DNA of 64,000 bases, taken from Rebecca billardiae RCC1528. Lineage: Eukaryota > Protista > Haptophyta. Position numbers and translations under genes: made by a program. Positions 1 through 11,538 of the stretch are shown piece after piece (position 1 is the stretch's first letter; every line of letters begins with the position of its first letter). The stretch is from the NCBI GenBank assembly GCA_965240325.2, contig OZ251233.1, positions 248,001 to 312,000 on the forward strand, written 5' to 3'. The notes below the pieces were generated by a model that saw only the letters and a program-made list of their open reading frames with translations, was not told the DNA's origin and made no database searches.

Positions 1-178
1 ATTGAACTACCGTATACTGACTACTACCTACGACTCATACTGTGCCCCCGGTTCCGAGCGCGGCGAGCGCCAGTGACTAGACGCTCAGCGTGCGTGCGGT
101 AGGCGCCTGATTGTGAAGGCTCATGCGGTGGGCATGCCGCTCGCCGTCGACGAGACGCGGTGCGCGAGTGATCCCGTT

Positions 179-1018
179 TCATGGTGTGTTGGGGAACACC
201 TCGGCATCGACCGTCACGACTTTGAAGCGGCGGTTGAGCGCACGCTGCTGCTCGAGGTTGCGACCGGGCGGGAAGATGTGCTCGTAGGGGTACTGCATGG
301 CCAGATTTGTCGTGAACACGCGTGGCATGTCTGCGGGGATCTTGGCATTCGTGTAGCGCGTGTGCACCGATCGCTCGTAGTTGGGGTCGAGCATCTTGAT
401 CACGGCCTTGGCCGTCATGTGCGTGAAATCCATGTCGTCGAAGACGATACCGTCGTTGCGAGCCGTCAAATCCTTCAGGTCATCCATCTCGGACACGAGA
501 AGAGGGTTCTCGAAGTGCGACAGCCCGAACTCCGTCTTGCCGTGGCCGGATCCACCTGCGAGCACGACAGCCATCCCATCAGAGAGGTCGAGCGGCAGTC
601 GCGCAAACGAGCTCATGGCGAAGCGCGGCGTGACGCCGCTGCCGTGTCGGTGGCGGATCATGGCGAGCACGGCATGGCCGTAGCGGTAGTAGATCGACGG
701 GTGCTCGCACTGCAAGATGTCCGCTGCCTCGTCTGCAGACTGTGCTGCGTGCAGCGCGCGCGCCCAGTCGACGCCGCACACGTCGAGCGGCTCTGGAATG
801 GTTGCCCAGTTGGCGCTGATGATGAAGTTGGACGGCCCCTCCTTCTGGCAGTAGTGGATGCACTTCGCCAGGTCACGCTTCGTCGGGCCCATCGGCTCGT
901 GGTACGCTCGCAGCGTGCCCCAGCCCTGGAGGGGGAGGTCAAAGGCTGTGACCAGGCAGTCCGTCTTCATCTCCGATCCGATGACGGCGTGGAAGTGCCA
1001 AGCGCGGCTGAGTATTGT
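179..1018 (-). CDS. rep: CRESS-DNA virus-like Rep (HUH endonuclease + SF3 helicase), copy 1; motif I and start codon not found
   Basis: The frame stays open upstream of the ATG at 970 and reads TILSRAWHFHAVI (HUH motif II, 989-997). It continues with GRS-like TAFDLP..YH, motif III YCQK (842-853), Walker A GGSGHGKT, Walker B IVFDDM, motif C VFTTN and Arg finger ALNRRF. In-frame stop upstream at ~1079-1081. Confidence 0.9.
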   Translation of the reverse strand, partial: TILSRAWHFHAVIGSEMKTDCLVTAFDLPLQGWGTLRAYHEPMGPTKRDLAKCIHYCQKEGPSNFIISANWATIPEPLDVCGVDWARALHAAQSADEAADILQCEHPSIYYRYGHAVLAMIRHRHGSGVTPRFAMSSFARLPLDLSDGMAVVLAGGSGHGKTEFGLSHFENPLLVSEMDDLKDLTARNDGIVFDDMDFTHMTAKAVIKMLDPNYERSVHTRYTNAKIPADMPRVFTTNLAMQYPYEHIFPPGRNLEQQRALNRRFKVVTVDAEVFPNTP

Positions 1019-1323
1019 GCGGCGGGCTTGCGGCGGGCGGGGTACGGAAGGCCAATAGTGGCGTCGAGGGTGCCGTCTCTAGTGAATGATATGTGCCCGC
1101 CGGCCGCCGGCGTAACTAAGTAGGGACTAGCACTTCTTGACTTGGCGGAGTGGCGGACACATACAGCTTGATGCTATTGCTACTTGCATGATTATGGCCG
1201 GTCTGCCGTCGAGCGAGCGTGCGCAACTAAACTGCATAGGTAGCTCACCCACCGCCGGCCCGCCACAGACTGTACCGTACCCCACCACAAAACCGCTTCG
1301 CCGCCCGCCCCAACCGCGCGCGC

Positions 1324-1556
1324 GCCGTGGAACGGCATCCATGACCTTTTGGTTCGGAACGAGCGGACCAGAATGGAATCCGTCTCGTCTGGAGAAAGCG
1401 CTCGCTTTCAATCAAAAACTTTCGTCGGATTCGCTTTTGGACGCTCGCTGACGAGGCAGACTATCATGGACCCAAGAGGGCTTGTGGGCGCTCAGGATTC
1501 AGATAGTATGACTGCGTACCCAAGATCTTGCGTGTGCGTATGTCCGAAAAGGACAT
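1324..1556 (+). ncRNA. Candidate structured RNA/ssDNA domain present in all five complete units; family unidentified
   Basis: Stems read by eye: 1347-1356/1364-1373, 1382-1389/1450-1457, 1394-1400/1403-1409, 1460-1465/1502-1507, 1513-1524/1527-1538 (one internal mismatch), 1540-1545/1551-1556, and long-range 1338-1344/1464-1470. Several mismatches are G.U wobbles on the + strand. Confidence 0.35.
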
Positions 1557-1638
1557 GGTTCACGTGTTCAGTAATCACCCACCCGCGTGTCCTTAAGTGA
1601 AAGGCGGCCCCCCGGATGGTGTTTCCCTAAAGCGCGGC

Positions 1639-1717
1639 TGCCGGTTCAGGCAGGGCGTGCGGCCACCTGGTATACCGATAGTGCGATACGGGCCGCAGCA
1701 GTGAGCACGGAGCCGGC
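1639..1717 (+). other. Nested ~80-nt hairpin directly before the (TA)n tract (candidate terminator or origin signal)
   Basis: Nested pairs GCCGGTTC/GAGCCGGC, TGCGGCC/GGCCGCA and GTAT/ATAC. The block is duplicated with a 96-bp period in units 2 and 5. Confidence 0.5.
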
Positions 1718-1719
1718 CG

Positions 1720-1905
<186 letters not shown>

Positions 1906-2079
1906 AACTACCGTATACTGACTACTACCTACGACTCATACTGTGCCCCCGGTTCCGAGCGCGGCGAGCGCCAGTGACTAGACGCTCAGCGTGCGTGCGG
2001 TAGGCGCCTGATTGTGAAGGCTCATGCGGTGGGCATGCCGCTCGCCGTCGACGAGACGCGGTGCGCGAGTGATCCCGTT

Positions 2080-2919
2080 TCATGGTGTGTTGGGGAACAC
2101 CTCGGCATCGACCGTCACGACTTTGAAGCGGCGGTTGAGCGCACGCTGCTGCTCGAGGTTGCGACCGGGCGGGAAGATGTGCTCGTAGGGGTACTGCATG
2201 GCCAGATTTGTCGTGAACACGCGTGGCATGTCTGCGGGGATCTTGGCATTCGTGTAGCGCGTGTGCACCGATCGCTCGTAGTTGGGGTCGAGCATCTTGA
2301 TCACGGCCTTGGCCGTCATGTGCGTGAAATCCATGTCGTCGAAGACGATACCGTCGTTGCGAGCCGTCAAATCCTTCAGGTCATCCATCTCGGACACGAG
2401 AAGAGGGTTCTCGAAGTGCGACAGCCCGAACTCCGTCTTGCCGTGGCCGGATCCACCTGCGAGCACGACAGCCATCCCATCAGAGAGGTCGAGCGGCAGT
2501 CGCGCAAACGAGCTCATGGCGAAGCGCGGCGTGACGCCGCTGCCGTGTCGGTGGCGGATCATGGCGAGCACGGCATGGCCGTAGCGGTAGTAGATCGACG
2601 GGTGCTCGCACTGCAAGATGTCCGCTGCCTCGTCTGCAGACTGTGCTGCGTGCAGCGCGCGCGCCCAGTCGACGCCGCACACGTCGAGCGGCTCTGGAAT
2701 GGTTGCCCAGTTGGCGCTGATGATGAAGTTGGACGGCCCCTCCTTCTGGCAGTAGTGGATGCACTTCGCCAGGTCACGCTTCGTCGGGCCCATCGGCTCG
2801 TGGTACGCTCGCAGCGTGCCCCAGCCCTGGAGGGGGAGGTCAAAGGCTGTGACCAGGCAGTCCGTCTTCATCTCCGATCCGATGACGGCGTGGAAGTGCC
2901 AAGCGCGGCTGAGTATTGT
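2080..2919 (-). CDS. rep: CRESS-like Rep, copy 2
   Basis: Same translation as copy 1, offset by 1901 bp. Confidence 0.9.
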   Translation of the reverse strand, partial: TILSRAWHFHAVIGSEMKTDCLVTAFDLPLQGWGTLRAYHEPMGPTKRDLAKCIHYCQKEGPSNFIISANWATIPEPLDVCGVDWARALHAAQSADEAADILQCEHPSIYYRYGHAVLAMIRHRHGSGVTPRFAMSSFARLPLDLSDGMAVVLAGGSGHGKTEFGLSHFENPLLVSEMDDLKDLTARNDGIVFDDMDFTHMTAKAVIKMLDPNYERSVHTRYTNAKIPADMPRVFTTNLAMQYPYEHIFPPGRNLEQQRALNRRFKVVTVDAEVFPNTP

Positions 2920-3716
2920 GCGGCGGGCTTGCGGCGGGCGGGGTACGGAAGGCCAATAGTGGCGTCGAGGGTGCCGTCTCTAGTGAATGATATGTGCCCG
3001 CCGGCCGCCGGCGTAACTAAGTAGGGACTAGCACTTCTTGACTTGGCGGAGTGGCGGACACATACAGCTTGATGCTATTGCTACTTGCATGATTATGGCC
3101 GGTCTGCCGTCGAGCGAGCGTGCGCAACTAAACTGCATAGGTAGCTCACCCACCGCCGGCCCGCCACAGACTGTACCGTACCCCACCACAAAACCGCTTC
3201 GCCGCCCGCCCCAACCGCGCGCGCGCCGTGGAACGGCATCCATGACCTTTTGGTTCGGAACGAGCGGACCAGAATGGAATCCGTCTCGTCTGGAGAAAGC
3301 GCTCGCTTTCAATCAAAAACTTTCGTCGGATTCGCTTTTGGACGCTCGCTGACGAGGCAGACTATCATGGACCCAAGAGGGCTTGTGGGCGCTCAGGATT
3401 CAGATAGTATGACTGCGTACCCAAGATCTTGCGTGTGCGTATGTCCGAAAAGGACGTGGTTCACGTGTTCAGTAATCACCCACCCGCGTGTCCTTAAGTG
3501 AAAGGCGGCCCCCCGGATGGTGTTTCCCTAAAGCGCGGCTGCCGGTTCAGGCAGGGCGTGCGGCCACCTGGTATACCGATAGTGCGATACGGGCCGCAGC
3601 AGTGAGCACGGAGCCGGCCGTTATATATATATGGCTGCCGGTTCAGGCAGGGCGTGCGGCCACCTGGTATACCGATAGTGCGATACGGGCCGCAGCAGTG
3701 AGCACGGAGCCGGCCG

Positions 3717-3850
<134 letters not shown>

Positions 3851-4741
3851 AACTACCGTATACTGACTACTACCTACGACTCATACTGTGCCCCCGGTTC
3901 CGAGCGCGGCGAGCGCCAGTGACTAGACGCTCAGCGTGCGTGCGGTAGGCGCCTGATTCTTGTCCCGCCAGCTTCTCATCAGTCACACAGGCGCCGCCCA
4001 CTGAGCCTGAGGTGACAAGGTAGTGAAGGCTCATGCGGTGCGGCGGGCTTGCGGCGGGCGGGGTACGGAAGGCCAATAGTGGCGTCGAGGGTGCCGTCTC
4101 TAGTGAATGATATGTGCCCGCCGGCCGCCGGCGTAACTAAGTAGGGACTAGCACTTCTTGACTTGGCGGAGTGGCGGACACATACAGCTTGATGCTATTG
4201 CTACTTGCATGATTATGGCCTGTCTGCCGTCGAGCGAGCGTGCGCAACTAAACTGCATAGGTAGCTCACCCACCGCCGGCCCGCCACAGACTGTACCGTA
4301 CCCCACCGACAAAACCGCTTCGCCGCCCGCCCCAACCGCGCGCGCGCCGTGGAACGGCATCCATGACCTTTTGGTTCGGAACGAGCGGACCAGAATGGAA
4401 TCCGTCTCGTCTGGAGAAAGCGCTCGCTTTCAATCAAAAACTTTCGTCGGATTCGCTTTTGGACGCTCGCTGACGAGGCAGACTATCATGGACCCAAGAG
4501 GGCTTGTGGGCGCTCAGGATTCAGATAGTATGACTGCGTACCCAAGATCTTGCGTGTGCGTATGTCCGAAAAGGACATGGTTCACGTGTTCAGTAATCAC
4601 CCACCCGCGTGTCCTTAAGTGAAAGGCGGCCCCCCGGATGGTGTTTCCCTAAAGCGCGGCTGCCGGTTCAGGCAGGGCGTGCGGCCACCTGGTATACCGA
4701 TAGTGCGATACGGGCCGCAGCAGTGAGCACGGAGCCGGCCG

Positions 4742-4889
<148 letters not shown>

Positions 4890-5780
4890 AACTACCGTAT
4901 ACTGACTACTACCTACGACTCATACTGTGCCCCCGGTTCCGAGCGCGGCGAGCGCCAGTGACTAGACGCTCAGCGTGCGTGCGGTAGGCGCCTGATTCTT
5001 GTCCCGCCAGCTTCTCATCAGTCACACAGGCGCCGCCCACTGAGCCTGAGGTGACAAGGTAGTGAAGGCTCATGCGGTGCGGCGGGCTTGCGGCGGGCGG
5101 GGTACGGAAGGCCAATAGTGGCGTCGAGGGTGCCGTCTCTAGTGAATGATATGTGCCCGCCGGCCGCCGGCGTAACTAAGTAGGGACTAGCACTTCTTGA
5201 CTTGGCGGAGTGGCGGACACATACAGCTTGATGCTATTGCTACTTGCATGATTATGGCCTGTCTGCCGTCGAGCGAGCGTGCGCAACTAAACTGCATAGG
5301 TAGCTCACCCACCGCCGGCCCGCCACAGACTGTACCGTACCCCACCGACAAAACCGCTTCGCCGCCCGCCCCAACCGCGCGCGCGCCGTGGAACGGCATC
5401 CATGACCTTTTGGTTCGGAACGAGCGGACCAGAATGGAATCCGTCTCGTCTGGAGAAAGCGCTCGCTTTCAATCAAAAACTTTCGTCGGATTCGCTTTTG
5501 GACGCTCGCTGACGAGGCAGACTATCATGGACCCAAGAGGGCTTGTGGGCGCTCAGGATTCAGATAGTATGACTGCGTACCCAAGATCTTGCGTGTGCGT
5601 ATGTCCGAAAAGGACATGGTTCACGTGTTCAGTAATCACCCACCCGCGTGTCCTTAAGTGAAAGGCGGCCCCCCGGATGGTGTTTCCCTAAAGCGCGGCT
5701 GCCGGTTCAGGCAGGGCGTGCGGCCACCTGGTATACCGATAGTGCGATACGGGCCGCAGCAGTGAGCACGGAGCCGGCCG

Positions 5781-5894
<114 letters not shown>

Positions 5895-6068
5895 AACTAC
5901 CGTATACTGACTACTACCTACGACTCATACTGTGCCCCCGGTTCCGAGCGCGGCGAGCGCCAGTGACTAGACGCTCAGCGTGCGTGCGGTAGGCGCCTGA
6001 TTGTGAAGGCTCATGCGGTGGGCATGCCGCTCGCCGTCGACGAGACGCGGTGCGCGAGTGATCCCGTT

Positions 6069-6909
6069 TCATGGTGTGTTGGGGAACACCTCGGCATCGA
6101 CCGTCACGACTTTGAAGCGGCGGTTGAGCGCACGCTGCTGCTCGAGGTTGCGACCGGGCGGGAAGATGTGCTCGTAGGGGTACTGCATGGCCAGATTTGT
6201 CGTGAACACGCGTGGCATGTCTGCGGGGATCTTGGCATTCGTGTAGCGCGTGTGCACCGATCGCTCGTAGTTGGGGTCGAGCATCTTGATCACGGCCTTG
6301 GCCGTCATGTGCGTGAAATCCATGTCGTCGAAGACGATACCGTCGTTGCGAGCCGTCAAATCCTTCAGGTCATCCATCTCGGACACGAGAAGAGGGTTCT
6401 CGAAGTGCGACAGCCCGAACTCCGTCTTGCCGTGGCCGGATCCACCTGCGAGCACGACAGCCATCCCATCAGAGAGGTCGAGCGGCAGTCGCGCAAACGA
6501 GCTCATGGCGAAGCGCGGCGTGACGCCGCTGCCGTGTCGGTGGCGGATCATGGCGAGCACGGCATGGCCGTAGCGGTAGTAGATCGACGGGTGCTCGCAC
6601 TGCAAGATGTCCGCTGCCTCGTCTGCAGACTGTGCTGCGTGCAGCGCGCGCGCCCAGTCGACGCCGCACACGTCGAGCGGCTCTGGAATGGTTGCCCAGT
6701 TGGCGCTGATGATGAAGTTGGACGGCCCCTCCTTCTGGCAGTAGTGGAGTGCACTTCGCCAGGTCACGCTTCGTCGGGCCCATCGGCTCGTGGTACGCTC
6801 GCAGCGTGCCCCAGCCCTGGAGGGGGAGGTCAAAGGCTGTGACCAGGCAGTCCGTCTTCATCTCCGATCCGATGACGGCGTGGAAGTGCCAAGCGCGGCT
6901 GAGTATTGT
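6069..6909 (-). pseudogene. rep: CRESS-like Rep, copy 3, with a +1 frameshift
   Basis: Extra G at 6749 (GTAGTGGAGTGCAC versus GTAGTGGATGCAC) breaks the frame just before YCQK. Could be a sequencing or assembly error. Confidence 0.75.
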
Positions 6910-7706
6910 GCGGCGGGCTTGCGGCGGGCGGGGTACGGAAGGCCAATAGTGGCGTCGAGGGTGCCGTCTCTAGTGAATGATATGTGCCCGCCGGCCGCCG
7001 GCGTAACTAAGTAGGGACTAGCACTTCTTGACTTGGCGGAGTGGCGGACACATACAGCTTGATGCTATTGCTACTTGCATGATTATGGCCGGTCTGCCGT
7101 CGAGCGAGCGTGCGCAACTAAACTGCATAGGTAGCTCACCCACCGCCGGCCCGCCACAGACTGTACCGTACCCCACCACAAAACCGCTTCGCCGCCCGCC
7201 CCAACCGCGCGCGCGCCGTGGAACGGCATCCATGACCTTTTGGTTCGGAACGAGCGGACCAGAATGGAATCCGTCTCGTCTGGAGAAAGCGCTCGCTTTC
7301 AATCAAAAACTTTCGTCGGATTCGCTTTTGGACGCTCGCTGACGAGGCAGACTATCATGGACCCAAGAGGGCTTGTGGGCGCTCAGGATTCAGATAGTAT
7401 GACTGCGTACCCAAGATCTTGCGTGTGCGTATGTCCGAAAAGGACATGGTTCACGTGTTCAGTAATCACCCACCCGCGTGTCCTTAAGTGAAAGGCGGCC
7501 CCCCGGATGGTGTTTCCCTAAAGCGCGGCTGCCGGTTCAGGCAGGGCGTGCGGCCACCTGGTATACCGATAGTGCGATACGGGCCGCAGCAGTGAGCACG
7601 GAGCCGGCCGTTATATATATATGGCTGCCGGTTCAGGCAGGGCGTGCGGCCACCTGGTATACCGATAGTGCGATACGGGCCGCAGCAGTGAGCACGGAGC
7701 CGGCCG

Positions 7707-7707
<1 letters not shown>

Positions 7708-7769
<62 letters not shown>
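7708..7769. repeat. (TA)31 microsatellite
   Basis: Pure TA run. Confidence 0.98.
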
Positions 7770-7772
<3 letters not shown>

Positions 7773-8389
7773 AACTACCGTATACTGACTACTACCTACG
7801 ACTCATACTGTGCCCCCGGTTCCGAGCGCGGCGAGCGCCAGTGACTAGACGCTCAGCGTGCGTGCGGTAGGCGCCTGATTCTTGTCCCGCCAGCTTCTCA
7901 TCAGTCACACAGGCGCCGCCCACTGAGCCTGAGGTGACAAGGTAGTGAAGGCTCACTGTGAACCGATGGCGGCCTCCGTAAATCCGATGGACGCGAGTGA
8001 TGATTTCCGCGAAACGGGTCACCCGCGTCGGAGCTTCCCGTCAGGCCGTTGCCCGGCCCTGTTCCGCTCGGCGATGGATCGATCGAGTCGACGAGTGCCA
8101 CGATGGGCGATGACTGCCGGCATGGTACCGTATTAGTATACGAGGCGGGGCTGACGGGCGGACCGGGCGGCCGGAGGACTCGGCGCCGGGACGGCGGGAC
8201 CCGAGCGCGCTCGCGGATCCTGGCAGTGCCCCCCGTGCTGGCGTGCTGCCTCCCGGGCATCCGTAGCTACCAAGTAAACCATTGCTGCGCTAGGCGCATT
8301 AGCTTGCTCGCGGACCGTCCCGCAATCGGACGCCTGCCCTTCAGCACGCGGTTGCATGCCCACGAGTCTGCCGCGGTACGGTACCGTAT

Positions 8390-8516
8390 TAATACTGATA
8401 TATATATATATATATATATAGCATACTCATACACATATACTAGTAATTCACGGATCAATAATAATACTGATATATATATAGTATGCTCATACACATACTA
8501 GTAATTCACGGATCAA
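8390..8516. repeat. Two-copy AT-rich direct repeat containing short (TA)n
   Basis: TAATACTGA(TA)nG.AT.CTCATACACA(TA)TACTAGTAATTCACGGATCAA occurs at ~8390-8458 and ~8462-8516. Confidence 0.85.
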
Positions 8517-8635
8517 GCGGGCCGGGCGCCTCCAGGCCCAGCCTGGACGGACTGTGGTCCACCATATGAATCATATATGCTGGATTGATGTCGATGACCC
8601 GACGGTACGGCTACTGCCGGCCGACGACTCTGAGA

Positions 8636-9083
8636 GGGGTCAGAGCCCCACTGGGGGGTGCGTGGCCCAAAATCCAACTTCCTGTCGTCTTGAGATGAGG
8701 CTCTCAAACTTCGGGATGTCAAGATTCGCCTGATGAAATGAGCTGGGGTCACGCTGACAAGTTTTGCGACTAAAAATGTCACATACTACTGGAGATATAC
8801 GACCTCAATCTCGACGCGATCTCGGCAACATTAGTAGGGGAGATACACGATCTCCAAGGTGATCGTCTCGCTATTTGCACCAGAATCGCACCGTCTAGAT
8901 CGATCACATTTTGGCAGTCTGAAATTGGCACAGGCGGATTCTACACCCTGGGCCTGGAATTAAGCCTTAACGCCTACGACTAACTAGTTCGTCCAAGTAA
9001 ATACCCATGTGATAGTTCATGCTAAGATATTTCGATCGGGAGATTGTGGCACCCGGGAGTGTAACGGTCGGAGCTCTGACCCC
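8636..9083. mobile_element. Possible MITE or non-autonomous TIR relic (~448 bp)
   Basis: GGGGTCAGAGC (8636-8646) and GCTCTGACCCC (9073-9083) are an 11-bp inverted repeat around a lower-GC non-coding interior. No target-site duplication seen. Confidence 0.3.
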
Positions 9084-9325
9084 ACTAGTCACTCACGACT
9101 CAGCCCGCCGGCGGATCCGGGAGTGAACCCGATTCGACAGATGAGGGTGATGAGGGCTTTCAAAGGCAGAGACCGCGCAGAGTGAGAGAGAGGTGCCATC
9201 ACCACGGCAGCAGCCGCAGCACTCAGCAGGCAGGCTGGCTCGGCATCGGCGAAGCAAGCAGCCGCCTCGCAGCTCACGCCCCGCTCCCCCCTCGTGCAGC
9301 CTTGCTGACGGCAGCGGGAGAGCCG

Positions 9326-10435
9326 TCAGGTCCAGTTGATCTCCTTGACGATCTGCTGCGCCGTCGCCTCCAGCATCGCGGTCGTCGCTTCGCGCTCCGC
9401 CGCGCTCGCGTTGGCGAGCGCCGCCCTGCAGACGGGCGTGAGGAAGGCGTACTTGTCCTTGTGCTCGACGCGGCGGAACTTCTTCACCTTCTTGCGGTCC
9501 TGGTACCAGTCGCCGCCCGCGCGGTGGTAGACGAAGTCGCCGCGCGCGTACGTCTTGCGCATCGAGTTCATCACGGTCTGCGGGATCACCGCGGCGTGCC
9601 GCCGGAACTCGTCCTTGTTGCGCTGCGCGTACCTCGTGAACTCGACGTTGTCCGCCTCGCCCTTGGTGCCCCAGCCGCGCCTCTTGCCCGCCTTGGTGTA
9701 CACCGTGTCGAGGAGCGTGCGCACCCAGCGCGTGTTGCGGAAGACGATCACGCCGCCCGAGACCGGCCGCGCCGCCGGGTCCTCGCACTTGATCGGCGGG
9801 TGTATGTTCATGTCGCGCGTGTGGTGCTTCTCGCACCACGAGTAGTCGGCCGCAAAGATCGCCTCGGTCGAGCCGTACGGCGCGAGCGTCTCGCGCACGT
9901 CGATGGTGGTGTTGAGGATGAGCGCGTCCGCGTCGAGGTACCAGATGAGCGGCCGCGCGAGCGAGCCCACCAGCATCCCCTTGATCGCCACCAGCTTCTT
10001 CCAGCAGAAGTTGTACGCCGTGGGCGCGTACTCGCCCGTGTACTCGCAGTACTCGAGTCCGTACCGCGCCGCGTACTCGAGCCGGCTCGCGCGCAGGCAC
10101 TCGAGGTACGGCTTGGGCAGCTCGTCGTTGGTGATGGTGAGGATGGTGAGCGGCGGCCCGGGCCCGCGTATCCCGCCCGGCGCCGAGCAGATCGGCTCGC
10201 TCGTGGGCAGCGGCAGGCTGTCGAGCGGCTCGTGTTGTGCGGCCAGCGCGCCGACCACGCCGAGCGCGAGGACGAGGATGAGGGCGAGCGCGGCGAGTCG
10301 CCATCGTGTGCCCGTGCTGTGCTCCGCTGGCCGCCTCACCGCCGCGCGCTCGGACTCCGAGGCGAGCAGTGGCTCATCCTCGAGGCTGTGCTCGCCGCTC
10401 TCGGGCGGAACGAGGCGGTCCGTCGGCGCCGCCAT
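9326..10435 (-). CDS. GT34-like (GMA12/MNN10 family) type II membrane glycosyltransferase, single exon, ~369 aa
   Basis: N-terminal TM helix (LAALALILVLALGVVGALA), YAARYGLEY, WKKL..IKGML, IWYLDADALILN (DxD motif), SGGVIVFRNTRW, GDFVYH. Start placed at MAAPTD; an in-frame Met slightly upstream (MTYTG) is also possible. Confidence 0.8.
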   Translation of the reverse strand: MAAPTDRLVPPESGEHSLEDEPLLASESERAAVRRPAEHSTGTRWRLAALALILVLALGVVGALAAQHEPLDSLPLPTSEPICSAPGGIRGPGPPLTILTITNDELPKPYLECLRASRLEYAARYGLEYCEYTGEYAPTAYNFCWKKLVAIKGMLVGSLARPLIWYLDADALILNTTIDVRETLAPYGSTEAIFAADYSWCEKHHTRDMNIHPPIKCEDPAARPVSGGVIVFRNTRWVRTLLDTVYTKAGKRRGWGTKGEADNVEFTRYAQRNKDEFRRHAAVIPQTVMNSMRKTYARGDFVYHRAGGDWYQDRKKVKKFRRVEHKDKYAFLTPVCRAALANASAAEREATTAMLEATAQQIVKEINWT

Positions 10436-11538
10436 TCTCTGCTTCCGCTCCGGTCGTCCGGTGTATGTCATCTGCTGGCTGCTGCGAGTCAACTGCCGCC
10501 ACTGAGCCGCCAGCCCGCCACGGCACACAGCGGCACACCACAGCCATCGGCCAAGCGCGATCGCGTGTGCGGAGCCGGGCGCCCGCGCACGGCTAGGCGT
10601 GCACGCGGGCCACCCGATTTCGCTGGCTCGACACCCGGGGCTCACCCGGGCTTCCGTACGCATCGCTCCAACCCTCGCATCCCGCGATGCCGTGCGCGCG
10701 CGCACGCGGCCGCGCGACCTTGTCCTTCGAAAGTTTGTGCAGCAGCCTGCTCTGTCGCCTTAGCTGGCCAGCGCTCAGCCTCACCGCGCGGGCGACGGCG
10801 TGAGGCCCGCCGAGATGCGCAGCCGGCACTCTTGAGCTCGCAGCGGAAGCCGCCCTCATGCCGTCTGCTCGTGTGCGCACACCCACCCGCTCGCACACGC
10901 ACACGGCGGGCGCCGAGATGGCGACCTGGCCGACAGGCGCGCGGAGGGCAAACGCACATGTCGCCGACCGACGGCGCGAAGCGAGGGATGGCTGGGTGCG
11001 GTCCGTGAGGCGCGCGATGCGCCCAATCGCTTGTGACGTGCCAGCCTCGCTTGCCCAGGGCTAGATCCCGCGCAGCCGGCCGCAGCGCGCGCTCTGACAT
11101 GAGCGTTGGCCAGCAGAGCTGCTGCGTCGACGGCACGGTGCGCACTCGGCTGCGCTCGCCCGAGAGAGGCGAGCACGTGCGGCTCGCGCTTCCCACAACA
11201 ACCCCTCGCGGGCGCGTGGTGGCTCCGGCCCGCGCCCATGCGACATTCGCTCGCTCCACGGGGGTGCGCGCCTGCGCGGCCCGGACTGCCTGGCCGTCCG
11301 CGGTTCAGTTCGCGGGATGCGCGTTCCGGAAGCTGTGCCGCTTCGTGACGAAATACTGTACACGAATCGTCGTCGACAGAAACGGTCGGCCGTTGCACTG
11401 CATGCGAACGATGCGAAGCTTTGAGACTTCGCCCGCGAAAAGATTCGTCGGCTGGCAGTGTCGCGTCATCAGCCTGCCGACCGTCACGCAGGGGTCCAAG
11501 CCCGGCGCCTCAGGGCACGCGCGCGGAAGACGTTTGGA

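Noticed and set aside
113-1123. 336-aa + strand ORF and its copies as a capsid or second gene
   Set aside because: It is the antisense shadow of the Rep frame (GTG start, no capsid-like features).
1448-1600. Hammerhead ribozyme (CTGACGA...GAAA-AGGACAT...GTGTCCT-TA)
   Set aside because: Core words and a stem III are present, but stem I cannot form next to the core and stem II is poor. Kept only as an unassigned structured region.
1625-1631. CCCTAAA as a telomerase RNA template
   Set aside because: A single 7-mer without the 1.5-repeat template layout; expected by chance.
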